Of a stretch of 64,000 bases of DNA, positions 39,261 through 48,095 are shown piece by piece. The notes beneath the pieces are model-generated. The model ran no database searches, was not told the DNA's origin, and saw only the letters and a list, made by a program, of their open reading frames with translations. Made by a program: the position numbers and the translations under genes. The stretch covers positions 132 to 64,131 of the forward strand of contig JACRNH010000014.1 in NCBI GenBank assembly GCA_016219325.1, in the 5' to 3' direction. The stretch comes from Candidatus Collierbacteria bacterium. GTDB taxonomy: Bacteria; Patescibacteriota; Microgenomatia; UBA1400; JACPES01. Position 1 is the first letter of the stretch; each line of letters begins with the position of its first letter.

Positions 39261-40850
39261 ATGAAAAATTGTTTCATCTATATAAGGGTTTCGACCGATA
39301 CGCAGGCAACTGAGGGTTACTCTTTGGACAACCAAAAAAGAGCTTGCAAAGAGTACGCAGTAAACAAGGAGTATCACCCAAAAGAGGTATTTGTTGACGA
39401 TGGAAAATCTGGGAGAACCGCCAATAGGCCTGAATTTCAGGAAATGTTGAAGAAATTGAAGGATAAACAGGCAGAGTGTGTCATCATCTACAAAATTGAC
39501 CGTTTTGCCCGTAATGTAACTGATTTTTCAAGGGTGAGAAAAGAATTCATTGAGGCGGGCATTGATTTTCTTTCAGTTATGGAGGGCGACCTAACCAATG
39601 GATCAAGCCTTATCTCGAACATCTTCGCCTCGGTCGCAGAATGGGAATCGGAAGTTAATAGTACCAGAACAATAGATGCTCTGGAACAAAAATTTCGAGG
39701 CGGTTGGCAGCCCACCCCACCGCCGATAGGTTATATGACAGTCGGAGAAAAGAATGAGAGAAAATCGTGCGAGCCAGACCCCTATACCGCTCCCATAATC
39801 AAAGAATTGTTTGAGCTCTACGCAACTGGCAACTACTCCCTATTGGAACTACAAGACTGGTTAAGTCAAAAAGATATTGTTTCAAAAAGCGGGACCATCA
39901 TTGGTCACTCAGTAATCAACAACATCTTGAGGAACCCTTTCTACTACGGTCTTATCCGTTGGCACGGAGTGTCAAAAATAGGTAAGCAGAAACCTATCCT
40001 CAAAAAGGATCTCTTTGACACCTGCCAATATGTTCTAGCTAAGCATCGAAGTTTTTTAATCAGGAAAAGGAAACACGATTTTCTGTTGCGGGGTTTTATA
40101 TTCTGTGACAATTGCGAACAACGATATACCGCCGAGTGGCATTATGATGCCCACAAGCTAAAAAACAGAGGTGGCAAAATTGGCTATTACCACTGTCAGA
40201 AAAGGGATAGGAATGGTTGTTCCGCTCCATATGTGGAAATTGAAGATTTACAGAAGCAAGTTGAAGATCAATTTAAGAAAATGCAGTTCTCGCAAAAGTT
40301 TATCGAGATGGTAGTCGTTAAGACTAAAGAGGCAATGACTGAAGGACGAAGTTATCTTAATAATCAACGAATGCAATTAGTGAACCGTAAGACATCGCTT
40401 GAAACAAAGCGAAACAAGCTTGAAGATTCGCTTCTTAACGAAGCTGTTGATAAAGATACCTACAAGAGGCTCCACGTCAAGATCCAAGACAAAATATACG
40501 CAATTAATGACAGGATTGAAGAACTTGAAGATAAGGCTAATATCGATACCAATCTAATTGAGGAAGTGCTGTCCTTTACAAGGGATATTTACAATACATA
40601 CAAGCAGTCACCCGCATTTCTTAAACGCCACTATTTACGGTTCTTCTTTGAGAAGCTGTATGTCAATAATTGTAAGATTTCTAAAATTGAACCGACCCCG
40701 ATTTTCGCGATACTACGGGAAAATCAAGAGGTTATAATAACGGATAATCAGCTCAAGAAATGGAATGAGTTTAGGACTCTAAGCCTTCTGGGTGAAGAAA
40801 TAGAATATTCAGAAATCATCATGGAACAAACAAGGGAGTTGCTTTCCTGA
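39261..40850 (+). CDS. Large serine recombinase (element A), C-terminal tail supplied by element B
   Basis: YIRVST catalytic motif, DGKSG, DRFAR, Zn-ribbon CDNC...YYHC, coiled coil. Confidence 0.95.
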   Translation: MKNCFIYIRVSTDTQATEGYSLDNQKRACKEYAVNKEYHPKEVFVDDGKSGRTANRPEFQEMLKKLKDKQAECVIIYKIDRFARNVTDFSRVRKEFIEAGIDFLSVMEGDLTNGSSLISNIFASVAEWESEVNSTRTIDALEQKFRGGWQPTPPPIGYMTVGEKNERKSCEPDPYTAPIIKELFELYATGNYSLLELQDWLSQKDIVSKSGTIIGHSVINNILRNPFYYGLIRWHGVSKIGKQKPILKKDLFDTCQYVLAKHRSFLIRKRKHDFLLRGFIFCDNCEQRYTAEWHYDAHKLKNRGGKIGYYHCQKRDRNGCSAPYVEIEDLQKQVEDQFKKMQFSQKFIEMVVVKTKEAMTEGRSYLNNQRMQLVNRKTSLETKRNKLEDSLLNEAVDKDTYKRLHVKIQDKIYAINDRIEELEDKANIDTNLIEEVLSFTRDIYNTYKQSPAFLKRHYLRFFFEKLYVNNCKISKIEPTPIFAILRENQEVIITDNQLKKWNEFRTLSLLGEEIEYSEIIMEQTRELLS

Positions 40851-40853
40851 TGA

Positions 40854-41591
40854 TTATTTAGAAACTTCTATAAAGCAATTTGTATCTAACTTACATCTAT
40901 ATCGGATTTCCATTTTTAGTATCTGATTGGGCAATTTGGTTGTAGAAACGAATCCTCCAATAAAATATTGACGTTTTTTATTTGTCTTATAAGAAAGGTC
41001 TTTGTCTAGAAATTCTTCAGTAATATTTACTTCTTTTTTCTTTGGTTCTAATGGAAATGGCAACTGTCCTAATGGTAATTTGGTCATGTCATATAAAAAT
41101 TCTGAAGCAGAGCTAGAAACTAGACTTTCAGAATTTACTAGGTGTCCCTGTTTGCTATGGCCATTAACAATGAAAAAATAAACAGACTCATTTTTGACAT
41201 CTATGGCACCCGTCTTTATATAAAGATATGCTTCAGACAGATCCCCTTGGATATTGATTTCTACGCTATTTCGCTCTAAATAATCTCTTAATCAGTCGGG
41301 GTTTGTAATAAAAGCTGGAGTCATCAACGGTTTGTCTTCGCTAGAGATTGTTGCGACCTTAAATCGTGATGTCTGGATTAAGAGGTCTACTTGTTCTCCC
41401 TTTTTCTTCTCTATACCTTCTGTCGTAACATCGGGGACCACCACCCCTTCTTCTTTTTCTTTAGGAGTAATCCTGGAGATCGCAACAGGAAAAATCGTTG
41501 TAAATACCGATGCCAAAAATACGAGAAGAATACCCGTTAGAATTAGATCCCATTGGATTTTGCCATTTCCGCTAACTTGATTTACTGTCAT
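40854..41591 (-). pseudogene. Membrane-anchored protein interrupted by one in-frame TGA (41292-41294)
   Basis: Track ORFs 41292-41600 and 40854-41087 share a frame; no other stop lies between them. Confidence 0.7.
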
Positions 41592-41940
41592 TTTCAACAA
41601 TTGATTTTATCTTAGCAGGACTTAATATTAGCAGAAATAATGAAATGTATCCATAAGTTAATGTCCATGCGGATAATGATTCCTTATTGAGGTATGGGAA
41701 TAGTCTCCTATAAAATAAGACGCCGATAACCCCAAAAGCTACTTCCGGCATTCCCTGTCTGTATATATTGCCAACAGTGTTTCAATAATTAACTTCAATG
41801 AAGTCCGTAAACCTAGCTCCGATAAGAAACAATATAAATCCTGAAAAGATTACTATATAGAGCTGAGAGTAAGACACAAAAGCTTTTGGGTTTCCCCAAA
41901 GTGAAGCTTTTCCGATAGCTCTTATAAAATTAGTCTTCAT
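41572..41940 (-). pseudogene. Membrane protein interrupted by one in-frame TGA (41782-41784)
   Basis: MKTNFIRAIG...EVNY*NTVG...DSKSS; ends TAG; fills the gap between neighbours. Confidence 0.6.
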
Positions 41941-41949
41941 CAAGTTTAA

Positions 41950-42528
41950 TTATTCTTCCTTTATTTCGTCTAATTTTTCTCCAATTTCGTAGATAAAATA
42001 TAATAGTGCTTCAATGAATTTTAGAATTCCTGTCGCCTCTTCTTGTTCTCCAATTTTAATTTCATGGTTTTTCTCGTTCCCTATATTTTTCAAGTATTCT
42101 AACAATCTCCCTGCATTAGGTGGAATGTAGTTGGACGAGGCAAGATGTTTTATGTAATCTTTGAATGACTCTCCTTCTTTTGCTTGAGCAACATCAACAG
42201 CAATATGCATGATTAGTTTACGACCGAGCAATATAGCTGCTGTGTAACAATCGTTTTTCATTGACTCTCTTATTTCGTAATAAATCCTTTCTATGCCTAT
42301 TGGTAAATTTAGAATCGTTTTTCCCAGCATCGGACCAGGATACTGCATCTGGCTATAGAAGAAAGTAGGCCTTCCACAGTTGGTACAAATATAAATCCTG
42401 GCGCTGAAATTTTTATGAAAATATCCTTTATCTGATCCAACTTTATCCCCACAGAATCCGCAGACATAACTTTGAGGATTTAACTGCAAAAGCCCCTGCC
42501 AATCTGGCCAGCCGATATTGAACTCCAT
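41950..42528 (-). CDS. DUF4145 (HEPN-like) domain protein with N-terminal Zn ribbon
   Basis: CGFC...CTNC, AAILLGRKLI, GNEKNH. Confidence 0.8.
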   Translation of the reverse strand: MEFNIGWPDWQGLLQLNPQSYVCGFCGDKVGSDKGYFHKNFSARIYICTNCGRPTFFYSQMQYPGPMLGKTILNLPIGIERIYYEIRESMKNDCYTAAILLGRKLIMHIAVDVAQAKEGESFKDYIKHLASSNYIPPNAGRLLEYLKNIGNEKNHEIKIGEQEEATGILKFIEALLYFIYEIGEKLDEIKEE

Positions 42529-42601
42529 AACTTGGCTATTATCTCACAAATTCTGATAATCTCATCACTGTAATTTTCAATTTTTGTGGTCTAAACTAAG
42601 G

Positions 42602-42811
42602 TTACAGAAAATCTCGTAGTTTTACTTTCAATACTTTTGCTATTTTATAGAGGCCGCGTAACGAAATATTGCTTTCACCCCTCTCAATCCGTCCGTAGGT
42701 GGTCCAGTGGATACCAAGTCTATCAGCAATTTCCTCTTGGGTTAGGCCTTTTACTTTTCTAACCCTTTTCATCCTTCTGCCAACTAGATTGGAAATTTTA
42801 TAGCGCTTCAT
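42602..42811 (-). CDS. XRE-family HTH regulator
   Basis: LTQEEIADRLGIHWTTYGRIERG. Confidence 0.92.
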   Translation of the reverse strand: MKRYKISNLVGRRMKRVRKVKGLTQEEIADRLGIHWTTYGRIERGESNISLRGLYKIAKVLKVKLRDFL

Positions 42812-42917
42812 GCTATCTTTGAACATAGACAGCATTTTGCAATTACTCCATAGCGTCTGACGCTTTATTTGGCTTGACTTTAGATTGAAAATTTGTTAGT
42901 CTCCTCTCCGAGATGAT

Positions 42918-43448
42918 ATGGAACTAAAAAAATATATGAAAATCTTAAAAATTGGCTGTATTTCTTTCTTTGTAATCGCATTGATAACAGTTATTCTTTC
43001 GTTTAACTATGGGAAGTATGAAAACGAACCAAAGAGAGAAACCAAACAGACTCAAGCTGTTGACGCTCAAGTCGTAATCCCCACGACCGCCTTTCCGATT
43101 TATGAAAAACTAAGCCATGAGAAATCAGAAACTACCGAAAACTTTTCTTTTCTAGTTAAAGTTGAAGATAAATCAGCCAAGAATTTAAAGCGATTGGCAC
43201 TAGAAATCAAGAGTAAAGAATGTAAAATGTCCTGTAATATCAGCTTGTTTGATGATAGACGAGCGGCGGAACTTGACGGTGAGTACAAGAGACTGAATAC
43301 CATAGAAGAACAAAACGGTTGGAAGGAGAGAAACTATATTTATGTGGCCGATCACTTAGCAGGATTTCTGGAATTTAGTAGCGAAACATTTTCTTACTAT
43401 CCGTATAGAGACTGGTATTACGAAGAGTTGAAAGCAAAACAACAATGA
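42918..43448 (+). CDS. Membrane-anchored hypothetical protein
   Basis: N-terminal TM; divergent from XRE. Confidence 0.7.
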   Translation: MELKKYMKILKIGCISFFVIALITVILSFNYGKYENEPKRETKQTQAVDAQVVIPTTAFPIYEKLSHEKSETTENFSFLVKVEDKSAKNLKRLALEIKSKECKMSCNISLFDDRRAAELDGEYKRLNTIEEQNGWKERNYIYVADHLAGFLEFSSETFSYYPYRDWYYEELKAKQQ

Positions 43449-43804
43449 AAAAAAACATTATTGTAGGTATTCTGATTGCCGCTATTAGCGGAGTTATTGC
43501 TTCGCTAACCACACTGAAGATTAGCGGTGTCAAATGGCAGAAAGAACAGCAGGCAAATCTTGATTCCTCGGCGTTGCCTATTATTGCGTCGGAAGGCGGT
43601 ATTGATGATAGCCAGGAAATCTCTACTAATCTAGTTCAGACTCGGTACGTTACTGGACCAGGAAGCGACGGTTACTGGGCGTTGTATTGCCTCTATCCCA
43701 AAGACGAATTTGGATTTTCTACCCGGTGGGCGGTACTTAAGGCAAAAGGCGAAGGGTGTCCGGCAGATTACACCTCTGTTCAACTTTGGGGAAAGAAGAA
43801 TTAA
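43445..43804 (+). CDS. Exported hypothetical protein
   Basis: Signal/TM; ATGA overlap with the previous gene. Confidence 0.65.
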   Translation: MKKNIIVGILIAAISGVIASLTTLKISGVKWQKEQQANLDSSALPIIASEGGIDDSQEISTNLVQTRYVTGPGSDGYWALYCLYPKDEFGFSTRWAVLKAKGEGCPADYTSVQLWGKKN

Positions 43805-43812
43805 ACGCTTGT

Positions 43813-44259
43813 CTAAATGTTTGTTTGGCAACTTTGTATTTTTTGGTGAATAGTCCGAACTATATTCTTGAAGGAAAGCGAGTTGTCAGTAGTCGGTGTG
43901 TTATTCAGCAACAATCCATTGGCTATCTTTCGGTCAAAGCAGTTGAGCTGTGAGGCGAAAACTACTTGTAGGGCCATTAGACGATGTCTGGGGTTCAATC
44001 TTTCATTATTAGCAATTTCTGCTCCGATTCGGCTGACCCAGTTCGCTACATCTTCAAGTACTGCCATTTCTTCTGTAATAAAACGGTCTTTAAATCTGTT
44101 TAATCGCTCGCCCCTTACCTTCCTTAGGCGTTTAGCGATGAAATTCTTGTCATGATTTAAAAGTTGAGCCAGCGATCTGACTGACGCCTTAGGATTCTGC
44201 ATGAGGCATTGTTGAATTTGGGAATCTATCTCGCGGATGTAAACAGAACTTAACTTCAT
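43813..44259 (-). CDS. HTH-containing protein
   Basis: NPKASVRSLAQLLNHDKNFIAKRL. Confidence 0.55.
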   Translation of the reverse strand: MKLSSVYIREIDSQIQQCLMQNPKASVRSLAQLLNHDKNFIAKRLRKVRGERLNRFKDRFITEEMAVLEDVANWVSRIGAEIANNERLNPRHRLMALQVVFASQLNCFDRKIANGLLLNNTPTTDNSLSFKNIVRTIHQKIQSCQTNI

Positions 44260-44300
44260 GTATGTTATTGTACGTTAATAATCAAAATATCTAAATCAAT

Positions 44301-44918
44301 ATGGCGTTTGATCAAATAAAAATCAAAATCTCTAATAAGCGAAGATTTGAGTCAGTATCAACTCTGGTTGATAGAACAGACTTTGAAGAATTGGTTGTTT
44401 TTTTACGGAACAAGATTGGCCTTACTAACAAACTTATTCCATATGAACACTTTGATCAATTCTATAAATCACTTGATTACCACCTTAATTCAGAAGAACT
44501 TTCAGAATATAACCAAATGATTGATGAAATGGAACTCCTAGAAAATAGGAATCAAAAAACACCTGAGGAAGCAAAAACCTACTCCATTTTACGGCAAGAA
44601 ATTAGGAGATGGCAAAATCCCAAGCATAACTTTCTTACCCGCTTAGACAAATACCTATCTGATCACAAAATTGCTTCTGGATATAAAACAGTAGTAATAA
44701 AAGCGATTGTCTGTGGGGAAATTAAAGAAAACGACTTCACACTGAGTGTGGTTTCTAAAGGACTTAGAAATATAGACCGAGATAGAAGATGGTACTGGGT
44801 AAACCGCCGATTGTCTGGGGCAAAGAGGATGGGGTACATGAAAATTGCAAAAAGGCATAAAGAATATCTAAGAACAGTTGAAAACGCCATAAAGACCTAC
44901 GCATCAAGATTAACTTAA
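44301..44918 (+). CDS. Conserved element backbone protein (homologous to 37405-38157)
   Basis: MAFDQIKIKI..., KAIVCGEI, RRWYW; C-terminal HTH-like segment. Confidence 0.7.
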   Translation: MAFDQIKIKISNKRRFESVSTLVDRTDFEELVVFLRNKIGLTNKLIPYEHFDQFYKSLDYHLNSEELSEYNQMIDEMELLENRNQKTPEEAKTYSILRQEIRRWQNPKHNFLTRLDKYLSDHKIASGYKTVVIKAIVCGEIKENDFTLSVVSKGLRNIDRDRRWYWVNRRLSGAKRMGYMKIAKRHKEYLRTVENAIKTYASRLT

Positions 44919-44987
44919 CCTCTAGGGGTATCTAAAGTAAGGTTGGGAAATTTTAAAATTGTTTTTCATCGGGGAAAATAACCCCAA

Positions 44988-45239
44988 ATGGAAAATAAGA
45001 ATCATCTATATAAATCAGATTCGCTTCATTTAGCAGCATTTCTCATAGCTAAAGGGTGTGAGTTGGCAGAGGTTGAAAGACTCTCTGATGACAGTAGAAA
45101 GCTGTTATTTTGTTTTCCCGATACTAACAAGCTTCAGAATTTATTAAGTGAATTTTTCGCCCTCCGAGCTAAAGTTAGGCCTCAAGACTTTGCTAATGCC
45201 CAAAGGACATTGAAGACAATTATTTTTGCTCAAAAATAA
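44988..45239 (+). CDS. DUF5659 family protein
   Basis: YKSDSLHLAAFL...VRPQDF....RTLK. Confidence 0.75.
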   Translation: MENKNHLYKSDSLHLAAFLIAKGCELAEVERLSDDSRKLLFCFPDTNKLQNLLSEFFALRAKVRPQDFANAQRTLKTIIFAQK

Positions 45240-45249
45240 TTGGGGCGAA

Positions 45250-45462
45250 ATGATAAATAAACAGCTAATTAAGGAACTAAAAACGATATTGAATGACGAG
45301 TTCGGGATCAATGAAAAGGATGGTGTTGTTGCTGAAGTAGCTAACTATCTCATCAATATGTTTGAAGTTCTAATTGAAGTAAAAACTGAGATAAAAACCA
45401 AGAATAACCCCGCTTTCTGTTCCGGCGCGATACTTAATGTGTGTATTGCTCAAACACTGTAG
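45250..45462 (+). CDS. Small hypothetical protein
   Basis: MINKQLIKELKTIL.DEFG. Confidence 0.5.
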   Translation: MINKQLIKELKTILNDEFGINEKDGVVAEVANYLINMFEVLIEVKTEIKTKNNPAFCSGAILNVCIAQTL

Positions 45463-45799
45463 GCAAGATGAATATTGCTATCCTGGCCAAAGAACCATTG
45501 CCGATACTCTTGGTTATAGTCCTAGATACATCAGGAATCTTGTTTCAGAGCTGGAAAGCCAACATCTGGTTTCTAAAAAACGGAGAGGCTTTAATAAAAC
45601 AAATACCTATAGAGTAATCAAAGACTTGACACTTGATGGGAACTCTACTTCCCCTCACTTAAGAACTAAGTATCCGCTCAATCAAGGAAACCAGTTTCCG
45701 ACTAATATAAATTATAGAATAGGAAAAAGTAATATAAAAGGAATGAAATCTTTAAGAGAAGCATTAATCAAAATCGGGGTTAAACAAAAAATTGACTAG
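45437..45799 (+). CDS. HTH_36 replication-initiator-like protein, possibly 5'-truncated
   Basis: CYPGQRTIADTLGYSPRYIRNLVSELE...TNTY. Confidence 0.7.
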   Translation: MCVLLKHCRQDEYCYPGQRTIADTLGYSPRYIRNLVSELESQHLVSKKRRGFNKTNTYRVIKDLTLDGNSTSPHLRTKYPLNQGNQFPTNINYRIGKSNIKGMKSLREALIKIGVKQKID

Positions 45800-45856
45800 C
45801 CGTGTTTAGCGAAAAACCAATATTTGTTACTATGCGAGCCTAAGGATAAACAATAT

Positions 45857-47467
45857 ATGAAGGCTGTACTACTTTGCAGGGTATCAAGTAAGGAACAAGG
45901 AGAGTCTGGTTACTCACTTCCGGCACAGGAAAAACTCCTCAGTAGTTATACGACCGGAAAAGGCTTCAAAATAGCCAGGGTGTTTTCTATATCAGAATCA
46001 GCAAGCGGCAAGAAACAAAGGGAAGTATTTAACTCAATGATAGCCTACGTAAAAGAAAACGACATTAAGGTTATTATCATTGAGAAGGCAGATAGGTTTA
46101 CCAGAAATTTCAAGGACTCAGTTGCTTTGTATGAGTGGTTAAATGAAGATGAAGAAAGACAACTCCACTCAGTAAAAGATTCTCTTATCCTTCATAAAAA
46201 TTCACGGTCTCAGGAAAAACTAAACTGGGACATCAGAATCGTTTTTGCTAAGAACTACATAGATAACCTATCCGAAGAGGTTAAGAAGGGCCAAAAAGAG
46301 AAATTATCTCAAGGGTGGCTACCAACGAAACCACCACTGGGATATAAGACGGTCGGGGTTCAAGGCCATAAGATTCACATTATTGACGAAGAAATTGCTC
46401 CCTTGGTCAAGAAAATGTTTGAGCTATATGCTACCGGCGACTACTCTATTAAACGGTTGGTTAAAGTGATGAATGCCAATGGCCTAAGAAACAAGCTAGG
46501 AAGGAAATTAGTCGGCAGCAGAATTCATCAACTCCTGACCGATCCTTTCTATGTTGGGAAAAACCGTTGGCTAGGGAATTTATATGATGGGAAGCAGGAT
46601 ACTTTTATCAGCAGAGAAATATTTGATAGGGTCCAACAGCTTCTAAAAAGCAAATCGGCACCAAGAGTTCGTATCCATGATTTCTTATTCCGAGGCCTTT
46701 GCCGATGCGCTCGCTGTGAAGGAATGATTACATGGGAGACCCACAAAGGCATCATCTACGGCCATTGCAATATTTACTATCACCAATGTACGGCTCGCAA
46801 ATGGGCAACAGAGGCAATTGTTGAATCACAATTAACTGATGTATTTGAGAAACTACAGATCCGCAACCAGCGGCTTTTGGAATGGGTTAGAAAAGCACTT
46901 AAGGAGAGCCATCAGGATGAAGTCGTCTATAGAACATCATCTTTGAATGAGCTTAACGAGTATCAAAAACAGATTAGGCGGCGGCTGGATCGCTTGTATG
47001 ACGATAAGATTGACGGCAAGATCACGGAAGAATTTTATCAGCGAAAATATCGCCAATATTCAGATGAGCTGGATGATGCAAGCCGAAAAATCAAAGGCCA
47101 TGATGTGGCTAACCTCAAATACATGGAGTTAGGAATCAATCTTTTTGAATTATCGCAACAAGCCAAGGATATTTATCTTAATGCGGGTATTGAGCGAAAG
47201 CGAAAGCTGCTCCGCCTTTTCTTCAGCCGATTAATGCTTGATGAGAAAAAGCTAACCTATAACTTCACCAAGCCCTATGAAATTCTTTCCCAAGCCGTAG
47301 ATGTTACCAATAGTTCTAAACTGGTAAAAGTTGAAGAAAAGTCGGACAGAATTATAGAACATAAAATAATGATTGATGATTCAGAACAAATAGGTGATTT
47401 ACAACATCTTCGTTCTATCGTGCTCCCCCGGCTGGACTCGAACCAGCGACATCCTCGTTACAGGTAA
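45857..47467 (+). CDS. Large serine recombinase (element B), 3' end antisense to tRNA-Asn and intron
   Basis: CRVSS, ESAS, DRFTR, Zn-ribbon CARC; ends VLPRLDSNQRHPRYR*. Confidence 0.95.
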   Translation: MKAVLLCRVSSKEQGESGYSLPAQEKLLSSYTTGKGFKIARVFSISESASGKKQREVFNSMIAYVKENDIKVIIIEKADRFTRNFKDSVALYEWLNEDEERQLHSVKDSLILHKNSRSQEKLNWDIRIVFAKNYIDNLSEEVKKGQKEKLSQGWLPTKPPLGYKTVGVQGHKIHIIDEEIAPLVKKMFELYATGDYSIKRLVKVMNANGLRNKLGRKLVGSRIHQLLTDPFYVGKNRWLGNLYDGKQDTFISREIFDRVQQLLKSKSAPRVRIHDFLFRGLCRCARCEGMITWETHKGIIYGHCNIYYHQCTARKWATEAIVESQLTDVFEKLQIRNQRLLEWVRKALKESHQDEVVYRTSSLNELNEYQKQIRRRLDRLYDDKIDGKITEEFYQRKYRQYSDELDDASRKIKGHDVANLKYMELGINLFELSQQAKDIYLNAGIERKRKLLRLFFSRLMLDEKKLTYNFTKPYEILSQAVDVTNSSKLVKVEEKSDRIIEHKIMIDDSEQIGDLQHLRSIVLPRLDSNQRHPRYR

Positions 47468-47980
47468 TCCACTACTTTCGTAGAAGCTTGGACTATATCT
47501 TTGCCATGCTCAAATGAGTTTAGGCACTTTGGTATTTAGTCTCTACGGCGTCCCGCAAAAAATGTGGGTTCCCACGGTGTTACCGCTTAAATCGTAAAAG
47601 GCTTCACCGTTATCCCAAAGAGTTCATCCCTAAGTTTCCTTAGGAAGCTGCGTTTTGCCTGCGTGTATCTCTCTATGGCAATTTGCGCATACCAAAACGC
47701 ACTTGTCTATTTCTTTCTTAATCTTTTCCCATGATCGCGTAAGGCCGCGAACCGAAAGCCCAAAATCTTTTTGTTTCGGATCTCTATGGTGAAAATCAAG
47801 GGCATCTTGACAGCGCTGATATCCACAAATGACGCATTTCCCGCCTTTGTATTCACGAGCCATTTCTCGAAGGCGTTTTCGCCTTTCTGAAACAGCTCTC
47901 TTTAAATACTCGGAACGGTCGGCATAAGTCCTTGTATCTGGCATATACATCTGAGTATACCAAACTTATGACTTAATTCC
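47461..47980 (-). ncRNA. Group I intron (520 nt) at anticodon position 35/36
   Basis: U before 5' splice site, terminal G; P1 GCTGT|G pairs with CGCAGC (U-G at the site); P3 CTTTGG/CCAAAG; P7 GAGACTA/TAGTCC. Confidence 0.9.
47630..47950 (-). CDS. Intron-encoded HNH endonuclease
   Basis: CVICGY, LDFHH, CVLVCANCHREIH. Confidence 0.85.
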   Translation of the reverse strand: MYMPDTRTYADRSEYLKRAVSERRKRLREMAREYKGGKCVICGYQRCQDALDFHHRDPKQKDFGLSVRGLTRSWEKIKKEIDKCVLVCANCHREIHAGKTQLPKET

Positions 47981-48095
47981 ACAGCGAGGCGCTCTACCAA
48001 CTGAGCTACAGGGGAATGTCAATGTACAAGTCAGATTATATCAGGCAATAAATCCTGTCCGCCTGAATTTTTAATCAGAATGTTACAATTTTACG

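Larger units (their letters stand above)
31205..40750. mobile_element. Integrative element A (9546 bp, large serine recombinase)
   Basis: GCTC cores at 31205 and 40751; integrase, XRE, MerR-like HTH, DUF5659; composition visibly unlike the host. Confidence 0.75.
40751..47421. mobile_element. Integrative element B (6671 bp, large serine recombinase), tRNA-proximal
   Basis: GCTC cores at 40751 and 47422; backbone order matches element A. Confidence 0.75.
47423..48015 (-). tRNA. tRNA-Asn(GTT), split; exons 48015-47981 and 47460-47423
   Basis: Spliced: TCCCCTGTAGCTCAGTTGGTAGAGCGCCTCGCTGT|TAACGAGGATGTCGCTGGTTCGAGTCCAGCCGGGGGAG; full cloverleaf, anticodon GT^T. Confidence 0.93.

Noticed and set aside
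40854-41940. Selenocysteine at the in-frame TGA codons
   Set aside because: No redox-motif context and no obvious SECIS-like hairpin after either TGA
31205-47421. Complete prophage or conjugative element
   Set aside because: No recognisable terminase, capsid, tail, lysis, relaxase or T4SS genes
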